Shown: in pieces, positions 1-7,935 of the stretch | Layout of the letters: each line of letters opens with the position of its first letter | Numbering within the stretch: position 1 is the stretch's first letter | Source: Clostridia bacterium | GTDB taxonomy: Bacteria; Bacillota; Clostridia; Christensenellales; CAG-314 | Assembly: GCA_017629595.1 (NCBI GenBank) | Contig: JAGBWW010000027.1 | Location: 1 to 43,503 of the forward strand | DNA: 43,503 nucleotides | Direction of reading: 5' to 3' | Notes under the pieces: model-generated | What the model was told of the DNA's origin: nothing | The model's database searches: none | What the model saw: the letters and a program-made list of their open reading frames with translations, nothing else | Made by a program: the position numbers and the translations under genes

Positions 1-1254
1 AGCGACAAATACGGTTGGGAAATCGCAAAGGACATCAAGCAACGCACGGGTGGTAAATACGAAATCAAACAACCCACCTTGTATGCCTATTTGAAACGTT
101 TGGAAAACAACGATCTCATCCGTTCATATTGGGGTGGAGAATCCAACGGTGGCCGTAGAAGATATTACGCTTTGACGGATGCTGGACGAAGCCTTTGCCA
201 ACAATTTACAAGTGAATGGCAATATCAACAAAACGTGCTTAATTCTTTGATTGATTTGGACGAAAACAACGAATCTTCAAACGAATTTGCACAAGACGAC
301 GCCACACCGCTTTTTGGTAGCAAAGTTAAATCCCACAAACGCAAAAAACAAAGCTCACAAGACGAATTGGACGAAATTGAACGAAGACTCAACGAACTTT
401 CTCAAGCCTCCGAGAGCCAAACTGAAGCCCCCAGCAAAGACACTGGCACGTCACAAGAAGTCAACGACTTACAACTTGTTGAAGAGTCAACCACAAGCGA
501 AATTGCACATCAAGAAGAAACGGAAGTGGAAAAATACGTAAGTTTGTCCGAACGTCAAGACACCGAAAGTTTCTTGTCCGAATTTGAAAAACGCTTGCAA
601 GAGCTTTCCGAAAGAAAGGACGAAGAAGAACGTCAATCTGCACCACGCAAAAATGTATTTGACGATATGTTGTCCCAAGCAAACGATGAAGAACGCCACG
701 TGGACGTCAACCCACTTCAACCAGCCTCCACAAGACGAGTTGGCACAGTCGCTTTGGAAGACGTTGCCGAAAATCTTGCGACAAAAGGTATTCGTATGCG
801 CATATACAACAGAGATACTGCAAAATACACACCTCAAACGTTGATTTGCAAAAACAAAGTAAACTGCCTCACTTCTTGGATCGTGTATTTGTTTTACGTT
901 GTCGGTTTTGCAATTATGTGGGCAGCAACAGCCGATGCCGTTGATATTTCCATTTATGCAGGTGTTTTGGCTGTTCTCATTTTGGCACCCTTGGCATTTA
1001 GCGTGTTGTATTTGCTCAAACCCATACGCGCACCCAAAACGGAAGTGAACGCAAAAGCAATAATTCTTATTACAAGCCTTATTACGTTGGGCGTTGCCGT
1101 GTTGTGGTCAGGAGTTGCAATCTTGTTTGGTCTTATTGATTTTGCCGATACTTTGGGCCTTGTAACAAAATGGCTTATTCCTCTTTGGTTGTTCTTTGGT
1201 GCACCACTCGCATCAGTCATGCACAACGCTCTTACAAACTATTACAGCAAATAA
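1..1254 (+). CDS. PadR-family transcriptional regulator fused to a C-terminal 4-TM membrane domain (5' end cut by window edge)
   Basis: Frame 1 is open from base 1; the listed start at 79 is only an internal TTG. The N-terminus SDKYGWEIAKDIKQRTGG..PTLYAYLKRLENNDLIRSYW..RRRYYALTDAGR matches the PadR winged-helix. It is followed by an acidic Ser/Glu-rich linker of about 200 aa and four hydrophobic helices. Stop is TAA at 1252-1254. Confidence 0.8.
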   Translation, partial: SDKYGWEIAKDIKQRTGGKYEIKQPTLYAYLKRLENNDLIRSYWGGESNGGRRRYYALTDAGRSLCQQFTSEWQYQQNVLNSLIDLDENNESSNEFAQDDATPLFGSKVKSHKRKKQSSQDELDEIERRLNELSQASESQTEAPSKDTGTSQEVNDLQLVEESTTSEIAHQEETEVEKYVSLSERQDTESFLSEFEKRLQELSERKDEEERQSAPRKNVFDDMLSQANDEERHVDVNPLQPASTRRVGTVALEDVAENLATKGIRMRIYNRDTAKYTPQTLICKNKVNCLTSWIVYLFYVVGFAIMWAATADAVDISIYAGVLAVLILAPLAFSVLYLLKPIRAPKTEVNAKAIILITSLITLGVAVLWSGVAILFGLIDFADTLGLVTKWLIPLWLFFGAPLASVMHNALTNYYSK

Positions 1255-1282
1255 ATTTGTTCAAATTTGAACTTAAAAAACA

Positions 1283-1311
1283 TTGACTTTATTACGTCAA
1301 TTGAGTATAAT
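1283..1311 (+). promoter_or_regulatory. sigma-A type promoter of tRNA-Trp (TTGACT-17-TATAAT)
   Basis: TTGACT at 1283-1288, a 17-nt spacer, then TATAAT at 1306-1311. The tRNA 5' end lies 25 nt downstream of the -10. Confidence 0.6.
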
Positions 1312-1335
1312 TTTATCACTGACGTAATCAGTCGT

Positions 1336-1410
1336 AGGGGAGTGGCTCAACGGTAGAGTAGTGGTCTCCAAAACCATCGGTTGCATGTTCGAATCGTGTC
1401 TCCCCTGCCA
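1336..1410 (+). tRNA. trnW: tRNA-Trp (anticodon CCA), 3' CCA encoded
   Basis: Hand-folded cloverleaf. Acceptor AGGGGAG/CTCCCCT, D stem GCTC/GAGT, anticodon stem GTGGT/ACCAT with loop CTCCAAA (anticodon CCA), T loop TTCGAAT, discriminator G, CCA at 1408-1410. Confidence 0.9.
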
Positions 1411-1419
1411 AATAATGAT

Positions 1420-1449
1420 CCGTGTACAAAACAGTACACGGATTTTTTA
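1420..1449 (+). terminator. Rho-independent terminator after tRNA-Trp
   Basis: Perfect 8-bp stem CCGTGTAC/GTACACGG with a 6-nt loop, followed by ATTTTTTAT. Confidence 0.8.
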
Positions 1450-1476
1450 TTGCACCACTTTACACAACCTTTACAA

Positions 1477-1506
1477 TTGACAACAAACCACTTCTTTTGA
1501 TACAAT
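1477..1506 (+). promoter_or_regulatory. rnhA promoter, TTGACA-18-(TGa)TACAAT, positioned for a leaderless transcript
   Basis: TTGACA at 1477-1482, extended -10 TG at 1498-1499, TACAAT at 1501-1506. The ATG at 1513 lies 7 nt after the last base of the -10. No Shine-Dalgarno in 1507-1512 (acaacc). Confidence 0.5.
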
Positions 1507-1512
1507 ACAACC

Positions 1513-1965
1513 ATGAAAACAGTAACCATTTACACCGACGGCGCATGTTCGGGAAATCCCGGCATTGGCGGTTGGGGAGCAATTTTAACATACAACGGCA
1601 AGGAAAAGGTTATTTCCGGCTATGACAAGGACACCACAAACAATCGCATGGAAGTGTTTTCAATTATTGCAGCCTTGCGTTGTTAGAAAGAACCTTGCCA
1701 TTGCTTGGTGTATTCCGACTCTGCTTACGTTACGGAAGCCTTTAATCAAGGCTGGTTAGATAATTGGCAACGAAACAATTGGCGTACAGCGGGTAAACAA
1801 GCGGTTAAAAACGTTGATTTGTGGCAAGCATTGCTCATAGAAATAACCAAACACAAAGTTGAGTTTATAAAAGTCAAAGGCCACGCAAACGTAGAACTTA
1901 ACGAACGTTGCGACCAATTGGCAAGAGAAGCCATTGACAATTGCCGACTTTTCAACAAAATGTAA
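1513..1965 (+). pseudogene. rnhA: Ribonuclease HI (type 1 RNase H) interrupted by a single in-frame TAG at 1684-1686
   Basis: My translation is [72 protein letters not shown]...[20 protein letters not shown]. Both halves are in the same frame (1513 and 1705 are both 1 mod 3). The catalytic D, E, D, H, D motifs are all present, and the stop aligns with a Leu of E. coli RNase HI (ALEAL-KEHC). Confidence 0.85.
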
Positions 1966-2006
1966 AAAACAAAGGTGTGTACACAAAGTACACACCTTTT
2001 TATTTT
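1964..2006. terminator. Bidirectional terminator between convergent rnhA and rny
   Basis: 12-bp stem AAAGGTGTGTAC/GTACACACCTTT (1971-1982 / 1988-1999), flanked by an A-run and a T-run. Confidence 0.8.
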
Positions 2007-2012
2007 GATAAC

Positions 2013-3614
2013 TTATTTTGCAAATTCCACACTACGTGTTTCTCTAATAACGTTTACTTTAATTTGTCCAGGATATTCCATTTCGCTTTCAATGCGTTTT
2101 GCAATGTCTTTTGCCAAAAGCACGGTCGTTTCGTCGTTGACTTCTTCAGGCTTGACCGCAACGCGAATTTCTCTACCTGCTTGAACAGCATAGGACTTTT
2201 GAACACCGGGGAAAGAGTTGGCAATTTCTTCCAATTTTTCCAAACGTTTGATGTAGTTTTCCAAAGATTCACGTCTTGCACCAGGTCTTGCACCAGATAC
2301 GGCGTCGGCTGCTGCAACGACAACTGCTTCAATGGTCATAGGCTCTACGTCACCATGGTGAGACAAAATGCAGTTTACAACTTCGGGAGTTTCCTTAAAT
2401 TTCTTTGCAAGGTCTGCGCCAATCTGCATGTGAGTTCCTTCAATTTCTTGGTCAACAGATTTACCGATGTCGTGCAACAATGCACCACGTTTTGCCAACG
2501 CAACGTCAAGACCCAACTCACTTGCCATAATACCTGCAATGTATGCGACTTCGCAAGAGTGTTGCAATACGTTTTGACCATAACTTGTACGATACTTAAG
2601 TCTGCCCAAATATTTAATAAGTTCGGGATGCAATCCAAAAACACCTGTATCAAAGCTTGCCGCTTCGCCTGCGTCTTTGATTGTAATGTCCATATCGCGT
2701 TTGACCTTTTCCACCGTTTCTTCAATACGTGCAGGGTGGATGCGTCCGTCCGTCAACAATTTTTCAATTGTGATACGAGCAATTTGGCGACGTACGGGGT
2801 CAAAGCCGGACAAAATTACCACTTCAGGGGTATCGTCAATAATAAGCTCTACACCCGTTGCGTTTTCTAATGCGCGAATATTTCGACCTTCTCTACCAAT
2901 AAGGCGACCTTTGACTTCGTCGTTTGGCAAAGGTACCGTTGTAATCGTTGCTTCACTTACCGTTTCGGAAGCACAACGTTGGATTGCCGTGGCAATAATT
3001 TCTTTTGCTTTTCTTTCGCCTTGTTCTTTGGCTTCTGCTTCAATTTCGCGTACTCTTACTGCTGCAACTTTTCTTGCGTCCGCAGTAATTTCTTCAATGA
3101 CCAATTGCTTAGCTTCTTCTTTTGACAATGAAGCAACTCTTTCAATTTCGGCAGCGATTTTCTCACTTGCTTTATCAAGTTCTTGTTGCTTTTTGGCAAG
3201 AGCAGATTGTTGTCCTTGCAATTGCTTTTGTTGAACGTCCAATTGGTCAAGTCTTTTGATCAAACTATCTTCGCGTTTGTCCAAAGCTTCTTCCTTTTGG
3301 TTCATTTTGTTTTCGAGTCTTGTCAACTCACTGGATCTTTCACGGCATTTGCTGTTGAAATCCGATTTTAAACGATGAATTTCTTCCTTAGCCTCTAGGA
3401 TAGCATCTTTTTTGATTTGTTTTCCTTCGATGTTTGCTTTTTCTACAATGTTGTCGGCGTACTCTTTTGCACTGCCTCTTTTCTTGTCATCGATGTCCTT
3501 ATAAATTAAAATGCTGACGAGCGCACCAACGGTTGCACATGCAACACCAACCAAAAGTGCGATCCACCATGTATCTGTTGCTACTTGGAAGAAAAACGAC
3601 AATACTGCTGTCAT
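2013..3614 (-). CDS. rny: Ribonuclease Y (N-terminal TM anchor, KH and HD domains)
   Basis: Shows KH ([11 protein letters not shown]) and HD (LLHDIGK) motifs. I chose the ATG at 3614 because AGGAGG lies 7 nt upstream; the ORF-track start at 3635 has no RBS. Confidence 0.95.
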   Translation of the reverse strand: MTAVLSFFFQVATDTWWIALLVGVACATVGALVSILIYKDIDDKKRGSAKEYADNIVEKANIEGKQIKKDAILEAKEEIHRLKSDFNSKCRERSSELTRLENKMNQKEEALDKREDSLIKRLDQLDVQQKQLQGQQSALAKKQQELDKASEKIAAEIERVASLSKEEAKQLVIEEITADARKVAAVRVREIEAEAKEQGERKAKEIIATAIQRCASETVSEATITTVPLPNDEVKGRLIGREGRNIRALENATGVELIIDDTPEVVILSGFDPVRRQIARITIEKLLTDGRIHPARIEETVEKVKRDMDITIKDAGEAASFDTGVFGLHPELIKYLGRLKYRTSYGQNVLQHSCEVAYIAGIMASELGLDVALAKRGALLHDIGKSVDQEIEGTHMQIGADLAKKFKETPEVVNCILSHHGDVEPMTIEAVVVAAADAVSGARPGARRESLENYIKRLEKLEEIANSFPGVQKSYAVQAGREIRVAVKPEEVNDETTVLLAKDIAKRIESEMEYPGQIKVNVIRETRSVEFAK

Positions 3615-3680
3615 GTTTTTACCTCCTAAATTCAAGTGATGTAAGGTTGCTACGTATAATAGCCCACCTATACCAAATAT

Positions 3681-3709
3681 ATCTTAAAACATAATAGTAA
3701 AAATGTCAA
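3681..3709 (-). promoter_or_regulatory. Candidate rny promoter TTGACA-17-TAAGAT
   Basis: On the minus strand, TTGACA at 3709-3704, a 17-nt spacer, then TAAGAT at 3686-3681. Confidence 0.4.
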
Positions 3710-3751
3710 TATAGATTTTTCATTTTTATTAATTATTTATATACATTTATT

Positions 3752-3779
3752 AAAAAAAAGACTTGTGAATTCACAAGCC
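3752..3779 (-). terminator. recA terminator
   Basis: Perfect 16-nt palindrome CTTGTGAATTCACAAG (3762-3777), followed on the minus strand by eight T. Confidence 0.8.
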
Positions 3780-3797
3780 TTTCGTGTTTTAGTTGTT

Positions 3798-4811
3798 TTA
3801 ATCTGATTCTTCTTGTGCAGGATTGGGAATAAGCACTGCCTTAACTTTGTCGGTAATTTCTTGCAAAAGTTCGGGGCGATTTTCCAAAAATGCCTTGGCG
3901 TTTTCTCTGCCTTGTGCAATTTTATCGCCGTTGTAGGAGAACCAACTGCCACTTTTTTCAACAATACCAAAGTTTACTGCCATATCCAATACCGATCCCG
4001 ATTGAGAAATGCCGGTACCGTACATAATTTCAAACTCGGCTGTTTTGAAAGGAGGAGCAACCTTGTTTTTGACAACTTTAACTTTCGTTTTACTACCGAT
4101 GGGCTCACTACCGTTTTTAACTTGGTCAACCTTTCTTACGTCCAAACGAATGCTGGAATAGAATTTCAATGCTTTACCACCGGGGGTTGTTTCGGGGTTG
4201 CCGAACATAATGCCGACCTTTTCACGAAGTTGATTGATAAAGATGATACAGCATTTGCTTCTGTTGACGCCAACTGTAAGTTTGCGTAATGCTTGCGACA
4301 TCAATCTAGCTTGTAAACCAATGTGACTGTCGCCCATATCGCCTTCCAATTCTGCTTTGGGTGTGAGTGCTGCAACAGAGTCAACGACAATAAGATCAAC
4401 GGCATTGCTCTTTACCAAATAGTCAACTATTTCCAAAGCTTGTTCGCCATTGTCGGGTTGGGAAAGGTACAATTCGTCAAGGTTGATGCCCAAGCGAGAG
4501 GCATATACGGGGTCTAATGCTTGTTCAGCGTCAATAAATGCCGCCGTGCCACCCATTTTTTGAACTTCAGCAATAACGTGCAACGTTACGGTTGTTTTAC
4601 CGGAAGATTCGGGGCCGTAGATTTCTACGATACGTCCACGAGGCATACCGCCAACGCCCAATGCAACGTCCAATGCCAAACAACCCGTGGGGATTACGTC
4701 AATGTTGCGTTGAGATGCTGCTGCACCCAATTTCATAATGGAACCTTTACCATAGGCTTTTTCAATTTGCAAAATGGCTTGCTCTAATGCCTTCTTTTTT
4801 TCGTCGTTCAT
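3798..4811 (-). CDS. recA: Recombinase RecA
   Basis: 337 aa with Walker [10 protein letters not shown] and full-length RecA similarity. AAGGAGA RBS upstream. Confidence 0.98.
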   Translation of the reverse strand: MNDEKKKALEQAILQIEKAYGKGSIMKLGAAASQRNIDVIPTGCLALDVALGVGGMPRGRIVEIYGPESSGKTTVTLHVIAEVQKMGGTAAFIDAEQALDPVYASRLGINLDELYLSQPDNGEQALEIVDYLVKSNAVDLIVVDSVAALTPKAELEGDMGDSHIGLQARLMSQALRKLTVGVNRSKCCIIFINQLREKVGIMFGNPETTPGGKALKFYSSIRLDVRKVDQVKNGSEPIGSKTKVKVVKNKVAPPFKTAEFEIMYGTGISQSGSVLDMAVNFGIVEKSGSWFSYNGDKIAQGRENAKAFLENRPELLQEITDKVKAVLIPNPAQEESD

Positions 4812-4853
4812 AATATGTACGTCTCCTTAAATAATTCTTGATATTATTGAGTA

Positions 4854-6032
4854 TTAAGCTTGCGCTGTTAGCAAGTTTTTAAGCAACATAAAAATTGCTG
4901 AATTTGTCGCTTGTTGTCGTATAGACTCGCGACTGCCCGAAAAGTTAAATTGATAGGTGTGACAAGAAAGTTTGTCGCCCACCGAAATATAACAAAGTCC
5001 AACAGGTTTTCCAATTTCGGCAGTTGGACCTGCATAGCCCGTTGCAGAAATGGCAAAATCTATACGTTGATCTTTCAAAACGCCCTTTACCATTGATTGA
5101 GCAACTTCTTTTGACACAACGCCACGATTGTCAATGACCACGGGGTTTACGTCCAACAAAGAGGTTTTTGATTCGGGCGAATAGGTTACCAAGCCTTCAA
5201 AAAACACTTTACTTGCACCCGCAACCGAAACGATTGTATCGGAAATCAAACCACCGGTCAAGGATTCGGCAACGCCAACCGTCTTGTGCATTTGTGTAAG
5301 ACGATTGACAAGACACTCTGCCAAGGACAAGTCGCTTTTCGAATAAATATTGTCCTTAAACAATTCTTCCACTTTATTCATTGTGGAACGCACGAAAGCG
5401 CTTGATACGTTTTGAGGGAAAGCTACCGAAAGCAAACTGTCGCCTGCGTCAGTTAAACACGTGCGAACAAGTCCCGATTGAAAATGTTCGTCAAATGTTT
5501 TTAAAACGTACTGATTGGATAAACCAAAAATTTTGACCTTTTCCACGCATGACAACTTTGCCATGTCGCACAAAACTTTGTGCAAATACATTGAAAAAAC
5601 GTGTTTAACTTCATCCAAAACATCGGGAATAAAGAAGTATCTTACGTTTTTAAAATCTCCAAAACAACTGCATTCCAAAAAGTTGCAATCACTTAAAGAC
5701 AAAAAGTGTTCGGGAGAAACGCAAATTTTGTCTAATACGAATTGTTGAGGTTGGTCAAGTCCAGATCGATGGCAATAGTTTTTCAATGCCGTTTCGCTTC
5801 GCTTATCATACACCAAAGGAAGTTTTGAAACCTTTGAAAATGCCGTTTTATTTAGCACCGTATCGCCAACTAAAATTTGCAATTTGCAATTTTGCATTTC
5901 GTCCGACAACGTTTTTGAAAAACTTTTGTCGCCGTCAACAATTTGCAACTTACACTCCAAGCCGTACGTTTCAACGTTGCGTTTAAGCCATTCCATTGAT
6001 TTTGTGTATTTTCTTGACAATATTGAAATCAC
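4854..6032 (-). CDS. cinA: CinA-like protein with a C-terminal PncC/CinA nicotinamide-nucleotide amidase domain
   Basis: The C-terminal 160 aa (VGVAESLTGGLISD...ATGYAGP) are CinA-like. It sits in the conserved pgsA-cinA-recA position. The N-terminal 230 aa are poorly recognisable. Confidence 0.75.
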   Translation of the reverse strand: MISILSRKYTKSMEWLKRNVETYGLECKLQIVDGDKSFSKTLSDEMQNCKLQILVGDTVLNKTAFSKVSKLPLVYDKRSETALKNYCHRSGLDQPQQFVLDKICVSPEHFLSLSDCNFLECSCFGDFKNVRYFFIPDVLDEVKHVFSMYLHKVLCDMAKLSCVEKVKIFGLSNQYVLKTFDEHFQSGLVRTCLTDAGDSLLSVAFPQNVSSAFVRSTMNKVEELFKDNIYSKSDLSLAECLVNRLTQMHKTVGVAESLTGGLISDTIVSVAGASKVFFEGLVTYSPESKTSLLDVNPVVIDNRGVVSKEVAQSMVKGVLKDQRIDFAISATGYAGPTAEIGKPVGLCYISVGDKLSCHTYQFNFSGSRESIRQQATNSAIFMLLKNLLTAQA

Positions 6033-6592
6033 AAAAACACCTTCCTATTTTGAACAAGATATACTATGCCTGAAATAATAGTCAATAATGTTGCCAAAAT
6101 AAACATAGAAAGCCCGATTATGTAGAAAATTTGGTACGATTGTGCCAAAACGCTTTCGCCAAGTTTAAGCAACAAAACGATGGGCAATGCAATTGTTTGC
6201 ACTATCGTCTTTATCTTCCCATAGACGTTTGCTTGAATAACAACGCCTTTGGTTGCCGCAATTTGACGGACACCGCTAATCAAAAGCTCACGAGAAACAA
6301 TGATTGCCGAGCAGGTTGCCGACAAGGCAACGGGCAACAAATTGCTTTCCACAATAAGGAACAATGCACAAACTACCAAAATTTTGTCTGCAATAGGGTC
6401 CATCAATTTGCCGAAATCTGTCACTAAATTGTATTTACGCGCAATGTATCCATCCAAAGCATCGGTGAGCGCTGCAATGATAAATACTGCAACGGCAACA
6501 ACGGGTGCCAACTTAAATTGCAAATAGAAAAACACAATAAATACAGGAACAAGACAAATTCTCAACATTGTCAATTTGTTAGGTAAATTCAT
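6029..6592 (-). CDS. pgsA: CDP-diacylglycerol--glycerol-3-phosphate 3-phosphatidyltransferase
   Basis: CDP-alcohol phosphatidyltransferase motif DALDGYIARK...DPIADK in a multi-TM protein. 4-nt overlaps with both neighbours. Confidence 0.9.
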   Translation of the reverse strand: MNLPNKLTMLRICLVPVFIVFFYLQFKLAPVVAVAVFIIAALTDALDGYIARKYNLVTDFGKLMDPIADKILVVCALFLIVESNLLPVALSATCSAIIVSRELLISGVRQIAATKGVVIQANVYGKIKTIVQTIALPIVLLLKLGESVLAQSYQIFYIIGLSMFILATLLTIISGIVYLVQNRKVFL

Positions 6593-7935
6593 ACAATTTC
6601 TCCAATCAAATCATAATCATCATATATTGAGCAAATTTTTACGTCATAATATTTGCCCACTTCAAGGGGGTTGTTGCTTGTTACGTACACCACCGAATCT
6701 ATTTCGGGTGCTTGATATTGACTTCGTCCCAAATACGTGACGTCGTCGATTTGTTCGTCAATTACACACTCCAAAGTCTTGCCTACGTATTGTGTATTGT
6801 TTTGTTGAACAATTTCGTTTTGCACTTTGTACAAACGTTTAACGTATTTTTCTTTGTCACGTTTTATGAGGTGGCCTTTCATCTTATACGCCAAAGTGCC
6901 TTTTTCTTTGGAGTAAGCAAACGCACCGACGTTTTCCAATTTGTACTTTTTCAAAAACTCAATTATTTCTTCAAAGGTTTCGTCCGTTTCGTTTGGAAAA
7001 CCACAAATAAAGGTCGTTCGTACTGCAACTTTTTCTTTTAGATTTGAAATTTTGTCAAACAATGAAATTATCTTTTCTTTGTTAGTTTTTCTATTCATTG
7101 CTGACAATATTTTATCACAAATATGTTGCAAAGGTATGTCAACATATTTGCAAACTTTTGGATTATTTTCAATCTCGTGCAAAAGTTGATCATCAACCAA
7201 TTCGGGGTAGCAATAAAGCAATCTAATTCGTTTTACGTCAAGGTTTGACAACTCTTGTATAAGGCGAACAAGTTGGGGTTTGCCATACAAGTCTATACCG
7301 TACTTGGTTGTGTCCTGAGCCACCAAAATAAGTTCCGAAACGCCCTGTGCAACAAGTTTTTCTGCTTGTGCAACAAGTTGTTCAATAGGCGTGGAACGAT
7401 TGCGACCACGAATATAGGGAATTAAACAATAACTGCAAAAATTGTTGCAACCATCGGCAATTTTTAGATACGCATAGTGTTTTGGAGTAGTCAAAATTCT
7501 ATCGTCAAAGAAAATTTCTTTTGTACAAGGGGAAACTTTCAAAACACGAGATTGTTTTTCTACTGCATCCAAAACAATTTGTGCAATATTTTTATATTCG
7601 TTTATGCCCACCACCACGTCGGCTTCGTCCAACAAAGGGAAAATTTCTTCACCAAATTGTTGAGAAAGACAGCCTGCAACAACCAATGTTTTAAGTAAAC
7701 CCGTTTGTTTATAGTTGGAAAGTTCAATTATCGTTTCAATTGCTTCCTTTCTTGCGCTTTCCAAAAAGGCGCACGTGTTTACCACGATGACGTCGGCATT
7801 TGCGTGGTCGTCAACAATATTAAATCCGTGCTGAGCAAATTGATGTAACAGCATTTCACTGTCAACACGGTTTTTGTCGCAACCCAACGTTGTGAGTGCA
7901 AGGTTATATTGTTTTTTATAATTTGTATTATTCAT
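6589..7935 (-). CDS. rimO: Ribosomal protein S12 methylthiotransferase RimO (radical SAM MTTase with TRAM domain)
   Basis: N-terminal LGCDKNRVDSE signature and radical-SAM CNNFCSYC motif. Syntenic position upstream of pgsA. Confidence 0.85.
   Translation of the reverse strand: MNNTNYKKQYNLALTTLGCDKNRVDSEMLLHQFAQHGFNIVDDHANADVIVVNTCAFLESARKEAIETIIELSNYKQTGLLKTLVVAGCLSQQFGEEIFPLLDEADVVVGINEYKNIAQIVLDAVEKQSRVLKVSPCTKEIFFDDRILTTPKHYAYLKIADGCNNFCSYCLIPYIRGRNRSTPIEQLVAQAEKLVAQGVSELILVAQDTTKYGIDLYGKPQLVRLIQELSNLDVKRIRLLYCYPELVDDQLLHEIENNPKVCKYVDIPLQHICDKILSAMNRKTNKEKIISLFDKISNLKEKVAVRTTFICGFPNETDETFEEIIEFLKKYKLENVGAFAYSKEKGTLAYKMKGHLIKRDKEKYVKRLYKVQNEIVQQNNTQYVGKTLECVIDEQIDDVTYLGRSQYQAPEIDSVVYVTSNNPLEVGKYYDVKICSIYDDYDLIGEIV

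Noticed and set aside
251-844. Several 70-116-aa ORFs in other frames or strands inside the PadR-like gene linker
   Set aside because: They lie within a low-complexity acidic coding region. They have no RBS, and their highly basic or repetitive translations are typical of off-frame reads.
1336-1686. tRNA immediately upstream of a gene with an in-frame TAG, considered as a possible dedicated amber suppressor tRNA
   Set aside because: The anticodon loop reads CTCCAAA, so the anticodon is CCA. This is an ordinary tRNA-Trp with bacterial Trp identity features (A1-U72, G73), not a CUA suppressor.
1684-1686. Genome-wide reassignment of TAG (alternative genetic code or pyrrolysine)
   Set aside because: TAG serves as the genuine terminator of four well-defined genes in the window: the ynbB-like gene at 18320, spoVAD at 38105, spoVAC at 39114 and the deaminase at 41633. 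No other conserved gene contains an internal TAG.
3762-3777. Perfect 16-nt palindrome containing GAATTC, considered as a protein-binding or restriction-related site
   Set aside because: It is followed by an eight-T run directly after the recA stop, so it is most simply the recA intrinsic terminator.
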